A DNA stretch of 64,000 nucleotides from Candidatus Baldrarchaeum yapensis (GCA_016840465.1 JAEOSH010000002.1:36782-100781); one strand, 5' to 3'; shown: positions 41,038 to 50,899, counted from the stretch's first letter. The notes: a model not told the origin generated them from the letters alone. Numbers and translations: made by a program.

Positions 41038-41979
41038 TTATATAAGGAGCGCTAGCAACGCCTTTTCCGTATGAAGTCGGTTCTCTGCTTGATCCCACAC
41101 GACCGAGTGCACGGGGTCATCTATAACTTCGGGTGCAACTTCCTCTCCTCTGTGAGCGGGAAGGCAATGCATAAAGATGAAGTCTTTCTTCGCATGTGAT
41201 ACGAGTTCTTTATTAACTTGCCAACCTTCAAAGTCCTTCTTTCGTTTTTCCGTCTCATGTTCCATGCCCATTGATACGAAGACATCAGTATAAATGACGT
41301 CCGCGTTTTCAACAGCCTCTATGGGATCATTTGTTATTACGACCTGCGAACCACTATGTGATGCGTTCTCCATTGTCCATTCTATTACGAATTCTTTTGG
41401 CTCATAGCCCTTAGGGGTTGCCACCGCAATATCTGCACCAAGTTTTGAGCACGCTATCATCAACGAGTGACAAACATTGTTTCCATCGCCCACGAATGCC
41501 ACCTTGACTCCTTTCAATCTACCTTTCTTCTCAATTATTGTCATGATGTCTGCTAGTGCTTGGCAAGGATGGAATAAGTCACTTAACGCATTTATTACCG
41601 GAACCGTTGCGAATTCCGCAAGTTCCTCTAAATCTTTATGATCATATACTCTAGCGACTATTCCGTGAACGTATCTACTCAATACTCGTGCAGTATCGGA
41701 TATTAGTTCTCCTCTTCTCAGTTGCAAATCGTCCCATCGAAGATAGAGAGCCGTGCCACCTAATTCATACATTGCAACCTCAAAACTGACTCTTGTACGC
41801 GTTGATGGTTTTTGGAATATCATTGCGATCGTCTTATTACGTAAAGGCTTTCTAAACTCGCCATACGCTCTTTCCCTTTTAAACTCAAACGATGATTGGA
41901 GAATGAACTGTATCTCTTCAGGAGAGTAATCTTGAAGTGTCAGGAAGTCTCTACCACGAATATTTGCCATAAAATTCAC
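41038..41979 (-). CDS. argF: Ornithine carbamoyltransferase
   Basis: STRTRVSFEVA and HCLPAHRGEEV motifs; 313 aa. Confidence 0.8.
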   Translation of the reverse strand: MNFMANIRGRDFLTLQDYSPEEIQFILQSSFEFKRERAYGEFRKPLRNKTIAMIFQKPSTRTRVSFEVAMYELGGTALYLRWDDLQLRRGELISDTARVLSRYVHGIVARVYDHKDLEELAEFATVPVINALSDLFHPCQALADIMTIIEKKGRLKGVKVAFVGDGNNVCHSLMIACSKLGADIAVATPKGYEPKEFVIEWTMENASHSGSQVVITNDPIEAVENADVIYTDVFVSMGMEHETEKRKKDFEGWQVNKELVSHAKKDFIFMHCLPAHRGEEVAPEVIDDPVHSVVWDQAENRLHTEKALLALLI

Positions 41980-41982
41980 CCC

Positions 41983-42903
41983 TTATAACCCACTAAGAAT
42001 GTTGTTAACGAACCATTCTGGGTCGAACTCTTTAAGATCATCGAGCGAGGTTCCCGTTCCTATAAATATTATGGGTTTTCCGGTAACATGAACTATCGAA
42101 ATTGAAGACCCACCTTTTACATCGGCGTCAACTTTTGTTAATATTGAACAATCTATTCCTACTGCCTCGTGGAACTTTTGGGCCTGTTCGAAAGCGTCGT
42201 TGCCGGCCAGTGCATCCCCAACGAATATTGTAAGATCTGGTTCGACCACCCTTGCTATTTTCTTCATCTCATCCATCAAATTTTTATCTGTTTGAACTCG
42301 CCCAGCAGTGTCTATTAGTACCGCATCTATTCCTTTCGCCTTTGCATGCATTACAGCGTCATAGGCGACGGCGGCCGGATCCGCCCCATATTGATGTTTT
42401 ATGACCCTAACACCGACCCTTTTTGCCAATTTTTCCAACTGTTCTATTGAGCCCGCCCGGAACGTATCTGCTGCTGCAAGAACGACAGAGTATCCATGCT
42501 TTTTGAGGAGATTCGCAAGTTTGGCTATCGTAGTTGTTTTTCCTGTCCCATTAAATCCCACAAATAACATAACCGTTGGTTTTCCCATTTTTCGATTTTT
42601 CTCAAGCATTTCAAAAATATCAACCTTAGAAGGAGGATTTAGAATCTTTAATAACGTATTTCTTAACACATCAAGAACCAACTTTCGCGGGTTTTCAAGA
42701 ATTCCTATTTTCTTTCCCACGAGAGTCTCTTTTATCTTTTCGGCCAACTCTTCAGCGACTGGTAGTGCCACATCTGCGCTTACAAGTGCAAGTTTAAAGT
42801 CCCATAATATTTCATCGAGAGACTCTTCGCTGAGCGTTTTTTTGGTGACTTTTTCCAAGAGCTTGCCTATGCTCCTTTTGAGCTTTTCAAACAACGTATA
42901 CAC
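41983..42903 (-). CDS. ftsY: Signal recognition particle receptor FtsY
   Basis: GFNGTGKTTTIAKLA...DTAGR SRP-GTPase motifs. Confidence 0.85.
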   Translation of the reverse strand: MYTLFEKLKRSIGKLLEKVTKKTLSEESLDEILWDFKLALVSADVALPVAEELAEKIKETLVGKKIGILENPRKLVLDVLRNTLLKILNPPSKVDIFEMLEKNRKMGKPTVMLFVGFNGTGKTTTIAKLANLLKKHGYSVVLAAADTFRAGSIEQLEKLAKRVGVRVIKHQYGADPAAVAYDAVMHAKAKGIDAVLIDTAGRVQTDKNLMDEMKKIARVVEPDLTIFVGDALAGNDAFEQAQKFHEAVGIDCSILTKVDADVKGGSSISIVHVTGKPIIFIGTGTSLDDLKEFDPEWFVNNILSGL

Positions 42904-42907
42904 CCGT

Positions 42908-43360
42908 TTATTGCCCTTTCTGTTGTACTCTTTGCTGTTGCAGTTTTTCGGCTATTGATTGTATCTGTCTTTGCAATTCTGACATCCGTGCAAGCAGTTG
43001 AGCAAGCAGATTTTCCCTCTGCATTTTTATGTTTTGGAGTTCTGCAATCCTATTTTCGATAAATTGTTTTGCTTGCTCAATGGGCTTCAGTATTGCAACA
43101 TTTGCTCCAACATTTATTATCACGTTCTCGTGGTCCACCAGTTTTGCTTTGAGAAAAGCTCGGCCACCTATGGGTATTAATATTTCGTCCCTTCCCTCTC
43201 CTCTTATAATCCCCTCTAAAGTCTCCGCTGTTATCCTCAACTGATCTATCGATGCACCAACTATATACAATTCCTGCTGTATTAAATCTGCTTGAGCCTT
43301 ATAGAAATTATACTCCATAATCAATTTCTGAAGTGTGTTTTCGCTAACCTCTTCAGCCAT
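42908..43360 (-). CDS. pfdA: Prefoldin alpha subunit
   Basis: Coiled-coil-hairpin-coiled-coil of 150 aa; conserved position next to ftsY/LX/aIF6. Confidence 0.7.
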   Translation of the reverse strand: MAEEVSENTLQKLIMEYNFYKAQADLIQQELYIVGASIDQLRITAETLEGIIRGEGRDEILIPIGGRAFLKAKLVDHENVIINVGANVAILKPIEQAKQFIENRIAELQNIKMQRENLLAQLLARMSELQRQIQSIAEKLQQQRVQQKGQ

Positions 43361-43365
43361 TTGTA

Positions 43366-43617
43366 TTACCTCATTATTTTGTCTGTCTTGCAGAAGAACC
43401 TTACTATTGGATCCTCTACCTCCTCAGGAGATATCTCCGTCACATTTGATATTTTTATTGCCCGTCGTTTGACGCGGTGATCACTTCCTATTTTCGACAA
43501 AACATATTCTATTGCGTGTTCTTTTTTCAATGCACGTACCTCTTTGACGAATCTCACTATATCACCGTTGTTTCTGAAATATCCTTCTATCCTGAATACT
43601 TTGGGATGCTCCTCCAA
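43366..43617 (-). CDS. rplX: Ribosomal protein LX (L18Ae)
   Basis: KVFRIEGYF...EHAIEYVLSKIGSDHRVKRRAI. Confidence 0.75.
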   Translation of the reverse strand: MEEHPKVFRIEGYFRNNGDIVRFVKEVRALKKEHAIEYVLSKIGSDHRVKRRAIKISNVTEISPEEVEDPIVRFFCKTDKIMR

Positions 43618-43628
43618 GGAGCAACACC

Positions 43629-44300
43629 TCAGACGCCGAGGGTTTCACTAATCCTTACCATTTCGTGATATGTAGTGTTTAATCCCACAGCGGCGCCCTT
43701 CGAGTTTGCAATCATTCCCGCACCTACAAATGGCATACCATGGTTAACGGTGCCGATACCTATAGGGACTTTAAATATAGATGATATCCACTCTATCTCC
43801 TCATCCGAGAACATTGGATTTAATAATATTCCCTTATTGGTTGCAACCCCACAAGATCCAACAAGAGGGATCGTGTAATTTTCTCTCCTTAATACTTCAA
43901 CATCCAGTACATCGGCTATTATCCTAATGGCTTTAAAATCAAACTCGGGATGCACAATCGCATGTTTATCATTTGTAAGTATAAGGTTACCTAGTGCCGT
44001 TAACTTTGACGGCAACCTTTCGATATTGACATCACCACCGAGTTTCTCATGTAGCTGCCTTATCTCATCATCACTCGCATAATATGGAACCAGTATTCCT
44101 TTGGAATTAGCAGATACAAGAACGCCAATTAACGTACTATCGCCTATCTTCGCCTTTATAACCGGAACATCCAACGTTCTTTCTAGAGATTCTACTATTT
44201 TTTCCTCAGCATCAAATCTTACAAGAACAAATTTGTCTGTTGCGACTGCAAATACTCCGATATTAACATTGCCATTTATGTCTATTCGTATGATCGCCAA
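43629..44300 (-). CDS. eif6: Translation initiation factor 6 (aIF6)
   Basis: IRIDINGNVNIGVFAVATDKFVLV pentein repeats. Confidence 0.85.
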   Translation of the reverse strand: MAIIRIDINGNVNIGVFAVATDKFVLVRFDAEEKIVESLERTLDVPVIKAKIGDSTLIGVLVSANSKGILVPYYASDDEIRQLHEKLGGDVNIERLPSKLTALGNLILTNDKHAIVHPEFDFKAIRIIADVLDVEVLRRENYTIPLVGSCGVATNKGILLNPMFSDEEIEWISSIFKVPIGIGTVNHGMPFVGAGMIANSKGAAVGLNTTYHEMVRISETLGV

Positions 44301-44304
44301 ATTC

Positions 44305-44595
44305 TCACCCTTCGGCTAAGTAAACTGTCACGACATCGTCCTCTGTTTTCTGAGCTCTGACCTTTATCTTCCGTGGAGGCTTCTGAATACCTCTCTCCCA
44401 TATTTTCTCGTTTAACTTTGTGTCTATTTTCACTTCTTTAGCTTTCATATGCCTCTTTATAAATTCTTTTATCGCATTTATTGCCTTCTTCGCTCTCTTT
44501 CTTCTAGAAACACATATGAATTTTTTCGCAAGGGGAATCACATATATTCTTTCCTCTTTGACAACCTCTGCTCCCGCGGACCCCGCTTCTTCCAT
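44305..44595 (-). CDS. rpl31e: Ribosomal protein L31e
   Basis: RIYVIPL...[24 protein letters not shown]. Confidence 0.85.
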   Translation of the reverse strand: MEEAGSAGAEVVKEERIYVIPLAKKFICVSRRKRAKKAINAIKEFIKRHMKAKEVKIDTKLNEKIWERGIQKPPRKIKVRAQKTEDDVVTVYLAEG

Positions 44596-44612
44596 ATTTT
44601 TTCACCCTAAAG

Positions 44613-44768
44613 TTAGAGTTTTAGTCTTTTTCGCCTCCAATGTCTTCTTTTGGGATGTGTCCTGACCCTTCCCTTCGTTCTTACGATAACCCATAATGGG
44701 ACACTTCTATTTGATTTTAAAGCGCTTGCAAGTCGTAATTTTTTTCCTAAAGGTTTTGCTCGAGCCAT
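44613..44768 (-). CDS. rpl39e: Ribosomal protein L39e (found manually; below ORF-track size cutoff)
   Basis: Minus-strand translation from ATG 44766-44768: [51 protein letters not shown] (51 aa). Confidence 0.8.
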   Translation of the reverse strand: MARAKPLGKKLRLASALKSNRSVPLWVIVRTKGRVRTHPKRRHWRRKRLKL

Positions 44769-44780
44769 TATGACACCTTC

Positions 44781-45116
44781 CTACCTAAATTTTATTTTCG
44801 GCTCACGTCTTGTACTATACAATCTTTTGAGGATTTCTTTCAACATGTCATCGGTTATAGGTAGCTGAACTCTTCCAGTCTGGGCAAGCCTTATCAATTC
44901 TAACTCCAGTTGTTCTGCAAATGTTGGCCGCACCATTTTTATCCTTGTTAATCTTTCTCTAGCATCGGGCGTGAGAATCCTTCGAAGAATTGCTGCCTTC
45001 TGCTCTTCCATTTGTCTTCGCAGTTCTTCCCTTCTACGTGCTTCTTCCAACTCCCTTTGCAACTCAAGTAATCTTCTTCTTCTAAGAGCCTCCAACTCGG
45101 CATCCTCTTCCAACAT
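44781..45116 (-). CDS. PDCD5/TFAR19-like DNA-binding protein
   Basis: AAILRRILTPDARERLTRIKMVRP...LIRLAQTGRV. Confidence 0.7.
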   Translation of the reverse strand: MLEEDAELEALRRRRLLELQRELEEARRREELRRQMEEQKAAILRRILTPDARERLTRIKMVRPTFAEQLELELIRLAQTGRVQLPITDDMLKEILKRLYSTRREPKIKFR

Positions 45117-45140
45117 AACCGCCTCTCATCACGTACTTTC

Positions 45141-45602
45141 TTAATATTTTGTAAGTGCTGGTATTTGTTTTTGCAGTTTTATTTTTATTTCATGTGCCAG
45201 TTTGTCGAGGAGAGATCTACCCATATTTGTGAGTCTTCTTCCCTCTTTCGGAACCTTTTCGACTAGTCCCACCGCTTCTAGTTGTTGCAGAGCCTTTCTG
45301 ATTATGGACCCACTACCTTTGTAGAAATGCTCAGGGCATGCACCATTGTTTTTGCGACCACCATACATGTTCCTAAGGCGCGATACGCCTATTGGACCAT
45401 GGATGTATAGTTTTCTCAGGAGAGATGCACACCTAACGTACCACCAGTCTGGATCAGTGGGCGCTCTTTCCTTGTGTACGCCGGTTTTAACGAAATTTGC
45501 CCATGGTGGGGGTTTTATCTTGGGACTTTTCTTCAACTCCTCGGCAACTCTCTTAATGAGGAGATCTGCTGGTACATCATATACCGTTGTCACGGCACTC
45601 AC
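45141..45602 (-). CDS. rps19e: Ribosomal protein S19e
   Basis: [20 protein letters not shown]...[18 protein letters not shown]. Confidence 0.85.
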   Translation of the reverse strand: MSAVTTVYDVPADLLIKRVAEELKKSPKIKPPPWANFVKTGVHKERAPTDPDWWYVRCASLLRKLYIHGPIGVSRLRNMYGGRKNNGACPEHFYKGSGSIIRKALQQLEAVGLVEKVPKEGRRLTNMGRSLLDKLAHEIKIKLQKQIPALTKY

Positions 45603-45672
45603 GCCCTTGAGATGATTACTTTCTGAAGGTTATCATTAATTTCAACTAAAATTTTTTGTCATCGGAAGTTCC

Positions 45673-46014
45673 TTAAGACCTCTTCTTAACCCTGTTAACT
45701 TTGTAGGGGTACCTTATTTGTCTTTTACAGTTAAAGCACGTAATGGTAATATGAGGATATCTATTCGTCCTGAGTCTAACCCGGCAATTAACACCGGGAA
45801 CGAGGAATGTACCACAATGTTTGCAGATTCTCCTCTTTATATGACGCGGTATGCGAACCCTACACTTCATACTTATTTTGCGTATTAAATCTATATACCG
45901 TTGTGCAAGTTCTGGCAACTCCTCGAACAACTTGCTTGCCATCTCATATAATATCTCCATTCGCTGGCGGGCAATGTCTCTTATCAGTGCGCGCTCACTC
46001 TTCCTTCTAGCCAT
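45673..46014 (-). CDS. rnp4: RNase P protein component 4 (Rpp21)
   Basis: RIARQRMEIL...zinc ribbon CKHCGTFLVPGVNCRVRL...CFNC. The ORF-track N-terminus is probably upstream read-through; start taken at the MARRK Met. Confidence 0.75.
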   Translation of the reverse strand: MARRKSERALIRDIARQRMEILYEMASKLFEELPELAQRYIDLIRKISMKCRVRIPRHIKRRICKHCGTFLVPGVNCRVRLRTNRYPHITITCFNCKRQIRYPYKVNRVKKRS

Positions 46015-46094
46015 TGCATCACATTCCTCATCATTTTTATTGGGTTTAAGACCTAATTTTTCATACACGCTTTAATGAATATAGATCTTTTTGG

Positions 46095-46811
46095 GTGCTC
46101 ACAATGCTGATGTTCATAGTTGCAGAAGCAGCACTCGAGGTGATTCCTCCAATCTTGAGACATTACAAGGCCATCCAGAGGCTTGCAAGCAGAAGAGGAA
46201 AGCGTCCTGATGAAATGCTATTAGACTCTTCACTTCATCATTACTATATGAGGGCGTATCTAGGGGATTTTCACAAACGCGGTCGCCCTGATATTGTACA
46301 CATGATTCTCCTATCAGTCATGGGAACCCCACTCAATAAGGAAGGATTGCTCTCCGTCTACATTCACACATATAACGATTATGTGCTTTACATTAACCCC
46401 GAGACAAGGCTTCCTAAGAACTACAATCGATTTGTTGGCCTTATGGAACAATTATTTAAATTAGGAAAAGTGCCCCCAGAAGGAGAGGCATTAATCAGAC
46501 TTGAGAAGAAAACATTAACTCAGTTGCTTGAGGAATTGAACCCTGATAAGGTGATACTGTTTTCGGAAGGTGGAGAATTGGTTGACCTTTTCGAGTTCTT
46601 TAAGAGGTTTTCTCCGGATGAAAATATAGCAGTCATGATTGGTGGTTTTCCGCACGGCAGTTTTAGGGAGGAAACGGAAAAACTTGCTGATGTCAAAGTA
46701 TCCATAGATCCTGAACCGTTGGAGGCGTGGGTAGTTGCATCTCGGATAATTTACGCATATGAATACACTATCGGCGTGACGAGAAATCGTTTATTGAAAA
46801 AGTTAGGGTGA
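46095..46811 (+). CDS. nep1: Ribosomal RNA small subunit methyltransferase Nep1 (SPOUT)
   Basis: RPDIVHMILLSVMGTPLNKEG motif. Confidence 0.8.
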   Translation: MLTMLMFIVAEAALEVIPPILRHYKAIQRLASRRGKRPDEMLLDSSLHHYYMRAYLGDFHKRGRPDIVHMILLSVMGTPLNKEGLLSVYIHTYNDYVLYINPETRLPKNYNRFVGLMEQLFKLGKVPPEGEALIRLEKKTLTQLLEELNPDKVILFSEGGELVDLFEFFKRFSPDENIAVMIGGFPHGSFREETEKLADVKVSIDPEPLEAWVVASRIIYAYEYTIGVTRNRLLKKLG

Positions 46812-48031
46812 TAAAGTTGTTAATAGGAATTGTGGGAAAGCCCTCATCGGGAAAAACAACGTTTTTGAATGCTGCATGTTTGACTTCATACAAAGTTGCC
46901 GATTACCCGTTTACAACCATAGAGCCCCAGCCTGGGACTGCTTTTGTCCGCGTAAAATGTGTTTGTAAGGAGTTTGACGTTAAATGCAATCCTAAAGTGG
47001 GTTATTGTGTCAATGGCGTACGATATGTGCCCGTACATATGCTCGATGTTGCTGGTCTCGTTCCAGATGCCTGGATGGGAAGGGGGTTAGGGAATAAGTT
47101 CTTAGATGACCTTAGAACGGCAGATGCCCTGATTCATGTGGTTGATGCAAGTGGCTCCACTGATGCTGAGGGCAGAAAAGTGCCACCAGGATCATGGGAT
47201 CCGGTAAAGGACGTCGAATTTCTCGAAAGAGAGATAGCTATGTGGATAGTTCAGATACTCAAAAGGGACTGGAGAAGGCTTGTAGGCAAAGCACGAAGTT
47301 TAAGAGTAAAGCCGGAGGATGTATTATTTGAACGATTATCTGGATTGAAAATTTCAAAAACGGATATAGCATCCGCTTTAAAGGCCAGCGGGTTGGAGGG
47401 AAAGAAGCTAGATACTTGGAATGATGACGATCTGTATAATTTCGTTAAAGTTTTACGAGAGATATCAAAACCGATGATAATTGCTGCGAACAAAATAGAT
47501 TTGCCATACGCGGAAGAGAACCTCAAGCGACTCATAGAAGTATTTAAAGGAAGATATGAAGTTGTTCCTTGTTGCGCTGCAGGTGAATATGCACTTAGGC
47601 AACTTGCACAGCGAGGGATAATCAGTTATAACCCAGGGGATTGCGATTTTGAAATTTTAAAGCCGGAAAAACTTTCTAAAGATGCTTTAGATAGATTGGA
47701 AAGGTTAAGATCTCAGGTGCTAAAAAAATATGGATCTACTGGCGTACAGATGGTATTAGAAAAGGTAGTATTTGAGTTATTGGATCTTATCCCCGTATTT
47801 CCGGTAGAAGATCCAAAGAGACTTACCGATCATCATGGAAATGTGCTTCCGGATGTCTTTTTGGTACCGAGGGGCTCAACCGCACGGGATTTAGCTTACA
47901 TGATACATACCGAATTAGGAGATACGTTTCTTTATGCAATTGATGTAAGAACGGGTATGAGACTGGGTGAAGACGAGGAACTCAAAGAGAGAGCTGTTGT
48001 AAAAATTGTTGCAACAGCCGCGAGGAGGTAG
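46808..48031 (+). CDS. Obg-like GTPase (YchF/Ygr210 family)
   Basis: GIVGKPSSGKTTFLNA P-loop, PFTTIEPQPG G2; about 400 aa. Confidence 0.7.
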   Translation: MIKLLIGIVGKPSSGKTTFLNAACLTSYKVADYPFTTIEPQPGTAFVRVKCVCKEFDVKCNPKVGYCVNGVRYVPVHMLDVAGLVPDAWMGRGLGNKFLDDLRTADALIHVVDASGSTDAEGRKVPPGSWDPVKDVEFLEREIAMWIVQILKRDWRRLVGKARSLRVKPEDVLFERLSGLKISKTDIASALKASGLEGKKLDTWNDDDLYNFVKVLREISKPMIIAANKIDLPYAEENLKRLIEVFKGRYEVVPCCAAGEYALRQLAQRGIISYNPGDCDFEILKPEKLSKDALDRLERLRSQVLKKYGSTGVQMVLEKVVFELLDLIPVFPVEDPKRLTDHHGNVLPDVFLVPRGSTARDLAYMIHTELGDTFLYAIDVRTGMRLGEDEELKERAVVKIVATAARR

Positions 48032-48036
48032 GAAAT

Positions 48037-49014
48037 ATGGAAATTAGAGTCTTGGTAACTGACCCTATACACAAAGATGGCATCGAACTTCTGAAAAAAA
48101 GTGGTTTTTCTGTAGATGAAAAGCCCGACATTAGCCATGATGAACTCGTGAAAATAGTAGGAGATTATGAAGTACTTATTGTGAGAGGACGTACTAAAGT
48201 CACAAGAGACGTGATTTCGGTTGCTAAAAAGTTAAAGGTCATTGGGAGAGCTGGTGTCGGTTTGGATAATATAGACTTAGAGGCCGCACGAGAGAGAGGT
48301 ATTACTGTATTCAATGCGCCGGAGGCCGCGTCAGTTGCCGTTGCAGAACTCGTATTTGGGCTTCTAATTGCAGTAATGCGCGGAATATGTTTAGGAAATG
48401 CGGCACTTAAAAGAGGAGAATGGATTAAAGCAAAACTTATGGGACATGAGTTAAGAGGAAAAGTTTTAGGAATAATAGGCTTAGGCAGAATAGGAACCGA
48501 GGTTGCAAAGCGCGCTAAGGCATTTGAAATGTACGTAAAGGCGTATGATGTTAGGGAAGAGGCCCGGCAATTGGCAGAAAGTTTAGGAGTCGAGTTTGTC
48601 GGGACTTCTAGGGAGGCGTTTGAGGAGTTGCTTAGAACTTCTGACATTATAACGATTCATGTCCCACTGACCAAGGACACTTATCATTTAATAGGCAAAA
48701 AAGAACTATCACTCATGAAACCCAATGCTATCATCATAAATACCTCACGAGGTGGGGTTATCGATGAAAATGCCCTTTATGAGTTCCTCAAAGAGAGAAA
48801 AATATACGCCGCAGGACTCGATGTTTTCGAACAAGAACCCCCACGAGATCTGCGATTAGTCGGATTACCCAATGTGGTGGCTACACCACATATAGGGGCA
48901 TCAACAGAGGAGGCCCAAAGAGCAGCATCTATAACTATTGCTGAGAGAATAATTCAGTACTTTGGAGAGAAAGGATGGCGCCGGGGGCGGGATTCGAACC
49001 CGCGCGGCCCGTAA
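48037..49014 (+). CDS. D-isomer-specific 2-hydroxyacid dehydrogenase family (phosphoglycerate dehydrogenase-like)
   Basis: GIIGLGRIGTEVAKRA NAD motif and catalytic R/E/H pattern. The last 39 nt overlap tRNA-Ser antisense. Confidence 0.7.
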   Translation: MEIRVLVTDPIHKDGIELLKKSGFSVDEKPDISHDELVKIVGDYEVLIVRGRTKVTRDVISVAKKLKVIGRAGVGLDNIDLEAARERGITVFNAPEAASVAVAELVFGLLIAVMRGICLGNAALKRGEWIKAKLMGHELRGKVLGIIGLGRIGTEVAKRAKAFEMYVKAYDVREEARQLAESLGVEFVGTSREAFEELLRTSDIITIHVPLTKDTYHLIGKKELSLMKPNAIIINTSRGGVIDENALYEFLKERKIYAAGLDVFEQEPPRDLRLVGLPNVVATPHIGASTEEAQRAASITIAERIIQYFGEKGWRRGRDSNPRGP

Positions 49015-49026
49015 GGGCCACGGGCT

Positions 49027-49039
49027 TTATGGTCGAAAT
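49027..49039 (-). other. tRNA-Ser intron 2 (13 nt, relaxed BHB/BHL at canonical 37/38)
   Basis: Bulges AGA and AAA flank a 3-bp helix UGG:CCA; no inner stem, so processing would need a relaxed-specificity endonuclease. Confidence 0.4.
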
Positions 49040-49047
49040 CTCCAGGC

Positions 49048-49066
49048 TTGCGCCCGCCGTAGCGGT
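49048..49066 (-). other. tRNA-Ser intron 1 (19 nt, strict BHB core)
   Basis: Helix GCGC:GCGC flanked by bulges GGA and AAG; inner stem CCGC-uacg-GCGG. Confidence 0.55.
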
Positions 49067-49200
49067 CCGCGCCTTGGCCAGCTAGGCTACCCCGGCGCGA
49101 TAATACCTATATGGGAGTTATGGTGGGGAAATGATTACATCCCGATACGGTACTTCGCTCTACTAATTTTACTTTTGGTTTTGACAGAAACTTATATTTT

Positions 49201-49833
49201 TTATGACATTGGTTTGCTTAATGGTGCTTCGCAAAGTCTTGATAAAAACACGAAATATCCTTTCTTTTTCGCTAAAATTTCAAGATTGCCGAATGTTTCT
49301 TCCATGAACTTCATTATTCTTTCTGCGCCTTTATTTCTTTTTGCGACGATTTGTAGAGTTCCTCCATTTTTCAAATGTATTGGTGCGAGTTTTATTAATT
49401 TGATAACAGTATCGAGTCCCTTATGGATCGGAGGGTTAGAAACTATAGCATTGAACTTCATGCCTCTAACTGGCTCATAAAGATCTCCCTGAATCACTTT
49501 TACATTTCTCACACCGTTTCTCTTAGCGTTCTCACGCGCTAACATTACTGCCCTCCTGTTAATATCCGTCATTATAACATGCAACCTTTCATTTATCTTT
49601 GCGGCCACTATCCCTATAACACCATAACCGCATCCAAGATCTAGGAAAGTTCCCTCATTCGGAATTTCCATGGTTTCGACAAGAAGTCTTGTCCCTAGGT
49701 CTACTTTCTTGTAGGAAAAAACTCCAGACGCTGTTAAAAACTCGAATATATGCCCTCTAAGGACAGTCTTTACGAGAAAAAGTTCAAATTCTGTAATCTG
49801 CTCTTCTGAATAATAATGCGGCATTCTAACCAC
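49201..49833 (-). CDS. Class I SAM-dependent methyltransferase (RsmC/METTL5-like methyltransferase small domain)
   Basis: LDLGCGYGVIG SAM motif and NPPIH (N-methyl-amine MTase motif IV). Confidence 0.65.
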   Translation of the reverse strand: MVRMPHYYSEEQITEFELFLVKTVLRGHIFEFLTASGVFSYKKVDLGTRLLVETMEIPNEGTFLDLGCGYGVIGIVAAKINERLHVIMTDINRRAVMLARENAKRNGVRNVKVIQGDLYEPVRGMKFNAIVSNPPIHKGLDTVIKLIKLAPIHLKNGGTLQIVAKRNKGAERIMKFMEETFGNLEILAKKKGYFVFLSRLCEAPLSKPMS

Positions 49834-50839
49834 TCTTCTTGAATTCCTTCCAACTAGGATACGTGCCTCTTTTCATAATCACTCTATCGATGGTCGCTGC
49901 TATGCCCTTACTCTTCTTTAGTATTTCCTCCGTCGACATAACTGCTCTGCCCAATGCTATAACTTCATCTTTTAATGTAAAAATCGCAACAAGATCCCCC
50001 GGCTTTATTCCTTCGTGTAATTTAACAATCCCGGGTACGGTAAGATGGGCACCATGACACAAGGCATCTACTGCCGAGTCACGCACCCAAATATGCGGCA
50101 GATGATCTAATGCGCGCTCGACGGGCTGTATGCATTTTCTCAGAAACTGTTCGTCGCCATCTTCCTTCCAGAAGTGATAAGCATCCACAAGATCATGAAG
50201 TGTAACCAGTGTTTCATCCTCTTTAAACGGTCCAGTTCTTGTCCTCCTTAGCTCTCTCATGTGAGCGCCGCTACCTAGTGCCTCGCCGATATCAAAAATA
50301 AGCTTTCTAATGTAAGTTCCAGCTTGACATCCAACCCTCATCAGAACGTTTCTTCCTTCTATCTCCAGAATTTTTATATAGTAAATCTTTCTCGTTCTAA
50401 GGCGGCGTTTCACAGACGATCTTACCGGGGGACGTTGATAAATTTCGCCCACAAATTCACTAACGACTTCCCTGATTTTGTCTTCTGGCACATCCCTGTG
50501 TAAGTACATGACTGTTACGTACTCTTTTCCTGCAGGTAATAGTGTTTGTATGACCTTTGTTGCATTTTCTAGCGCTATAGGAAGCACTCCAGTGACGCCG
50601 GGATCCAAAGTTCCTCCATGACCCGCTTTTTTAACATTTAATATCCGTTTTATCCAAGCAACTACCTCATGGCTTGTGGGTCCCGCTGGTTTGTCCAAAT
50701 TTATTACTCCATTTTCTATTAGACTCTCTATTGGACGTTCGTCTGGGTAACAACCGTATCTGGGATCTGTTTCTGCCTCGCTTTTGACAATGATCTTTCT
50801 TTTCACATCGGATGGAAGCTTACACTCCATTAATGCCAC
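49826..50839 (-). CDS. cbf5: H/ACA RNP pseudouridine synthase Cbf5 (TruB family + PUA)
   Basis: INLDKPAGPTSHEVVAWIKRIL...GHGGTLDPGVTGVLPIAL. The gene is uninterrupted here. Confidence 0.85.
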   Translation of the reverse strand: MALMECKLPSDVKRKIIVKSEAETDPRYGCYPDERPIESLIENGVINLDKPAGPTSHEVVAWIKRILNVKKAGHGGTLDPGVTGVLPIALENATKVIQTLLPAGKEYVTVMYLHRDVPEDKIREVVSEFVGEIYQRPPVRSSVKRRLRTRKIYYIKILEIEGRNVLMRVGCQAGTYIRKLIFDIGEALGSGAHMRELRRTRTGPFKEDETLVTLHDLVDAYHFWKEDGDEQFLRKCIQPVERALDHLPHIWVRDSAVDALCHGAHLTVPGIVKLHEGIKPGDLVAIFTLKDEVIALGRAVMSTEEILKKSKGIAATIDRVIMKRGTYPSWKEFKKSG

Positions 50840-50899
50840 CAGATACTATTCAAAAAGATGGTAAATTAGGACTTCGGTTCTTGGATATCGCAAAAGAAA

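Larger units (their letters stand above)
48976..49096 (-). tRNA. tRNA-Ser (anticodon GGA) with two predicted mini-introns (19 nt at 29/30 and 13 nt at 37/38)
   Basis: Acceptor GCCGGGG/CCCCGGC, discriminator G, CCA encoded, T-arm GCGGG-UUCGAAU-CCCGC. A cloverleaf only closes after removing plus-strand 49048-49066 and 49027-49039; both introns are detailed in the separate features. Confidence 0.6.
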
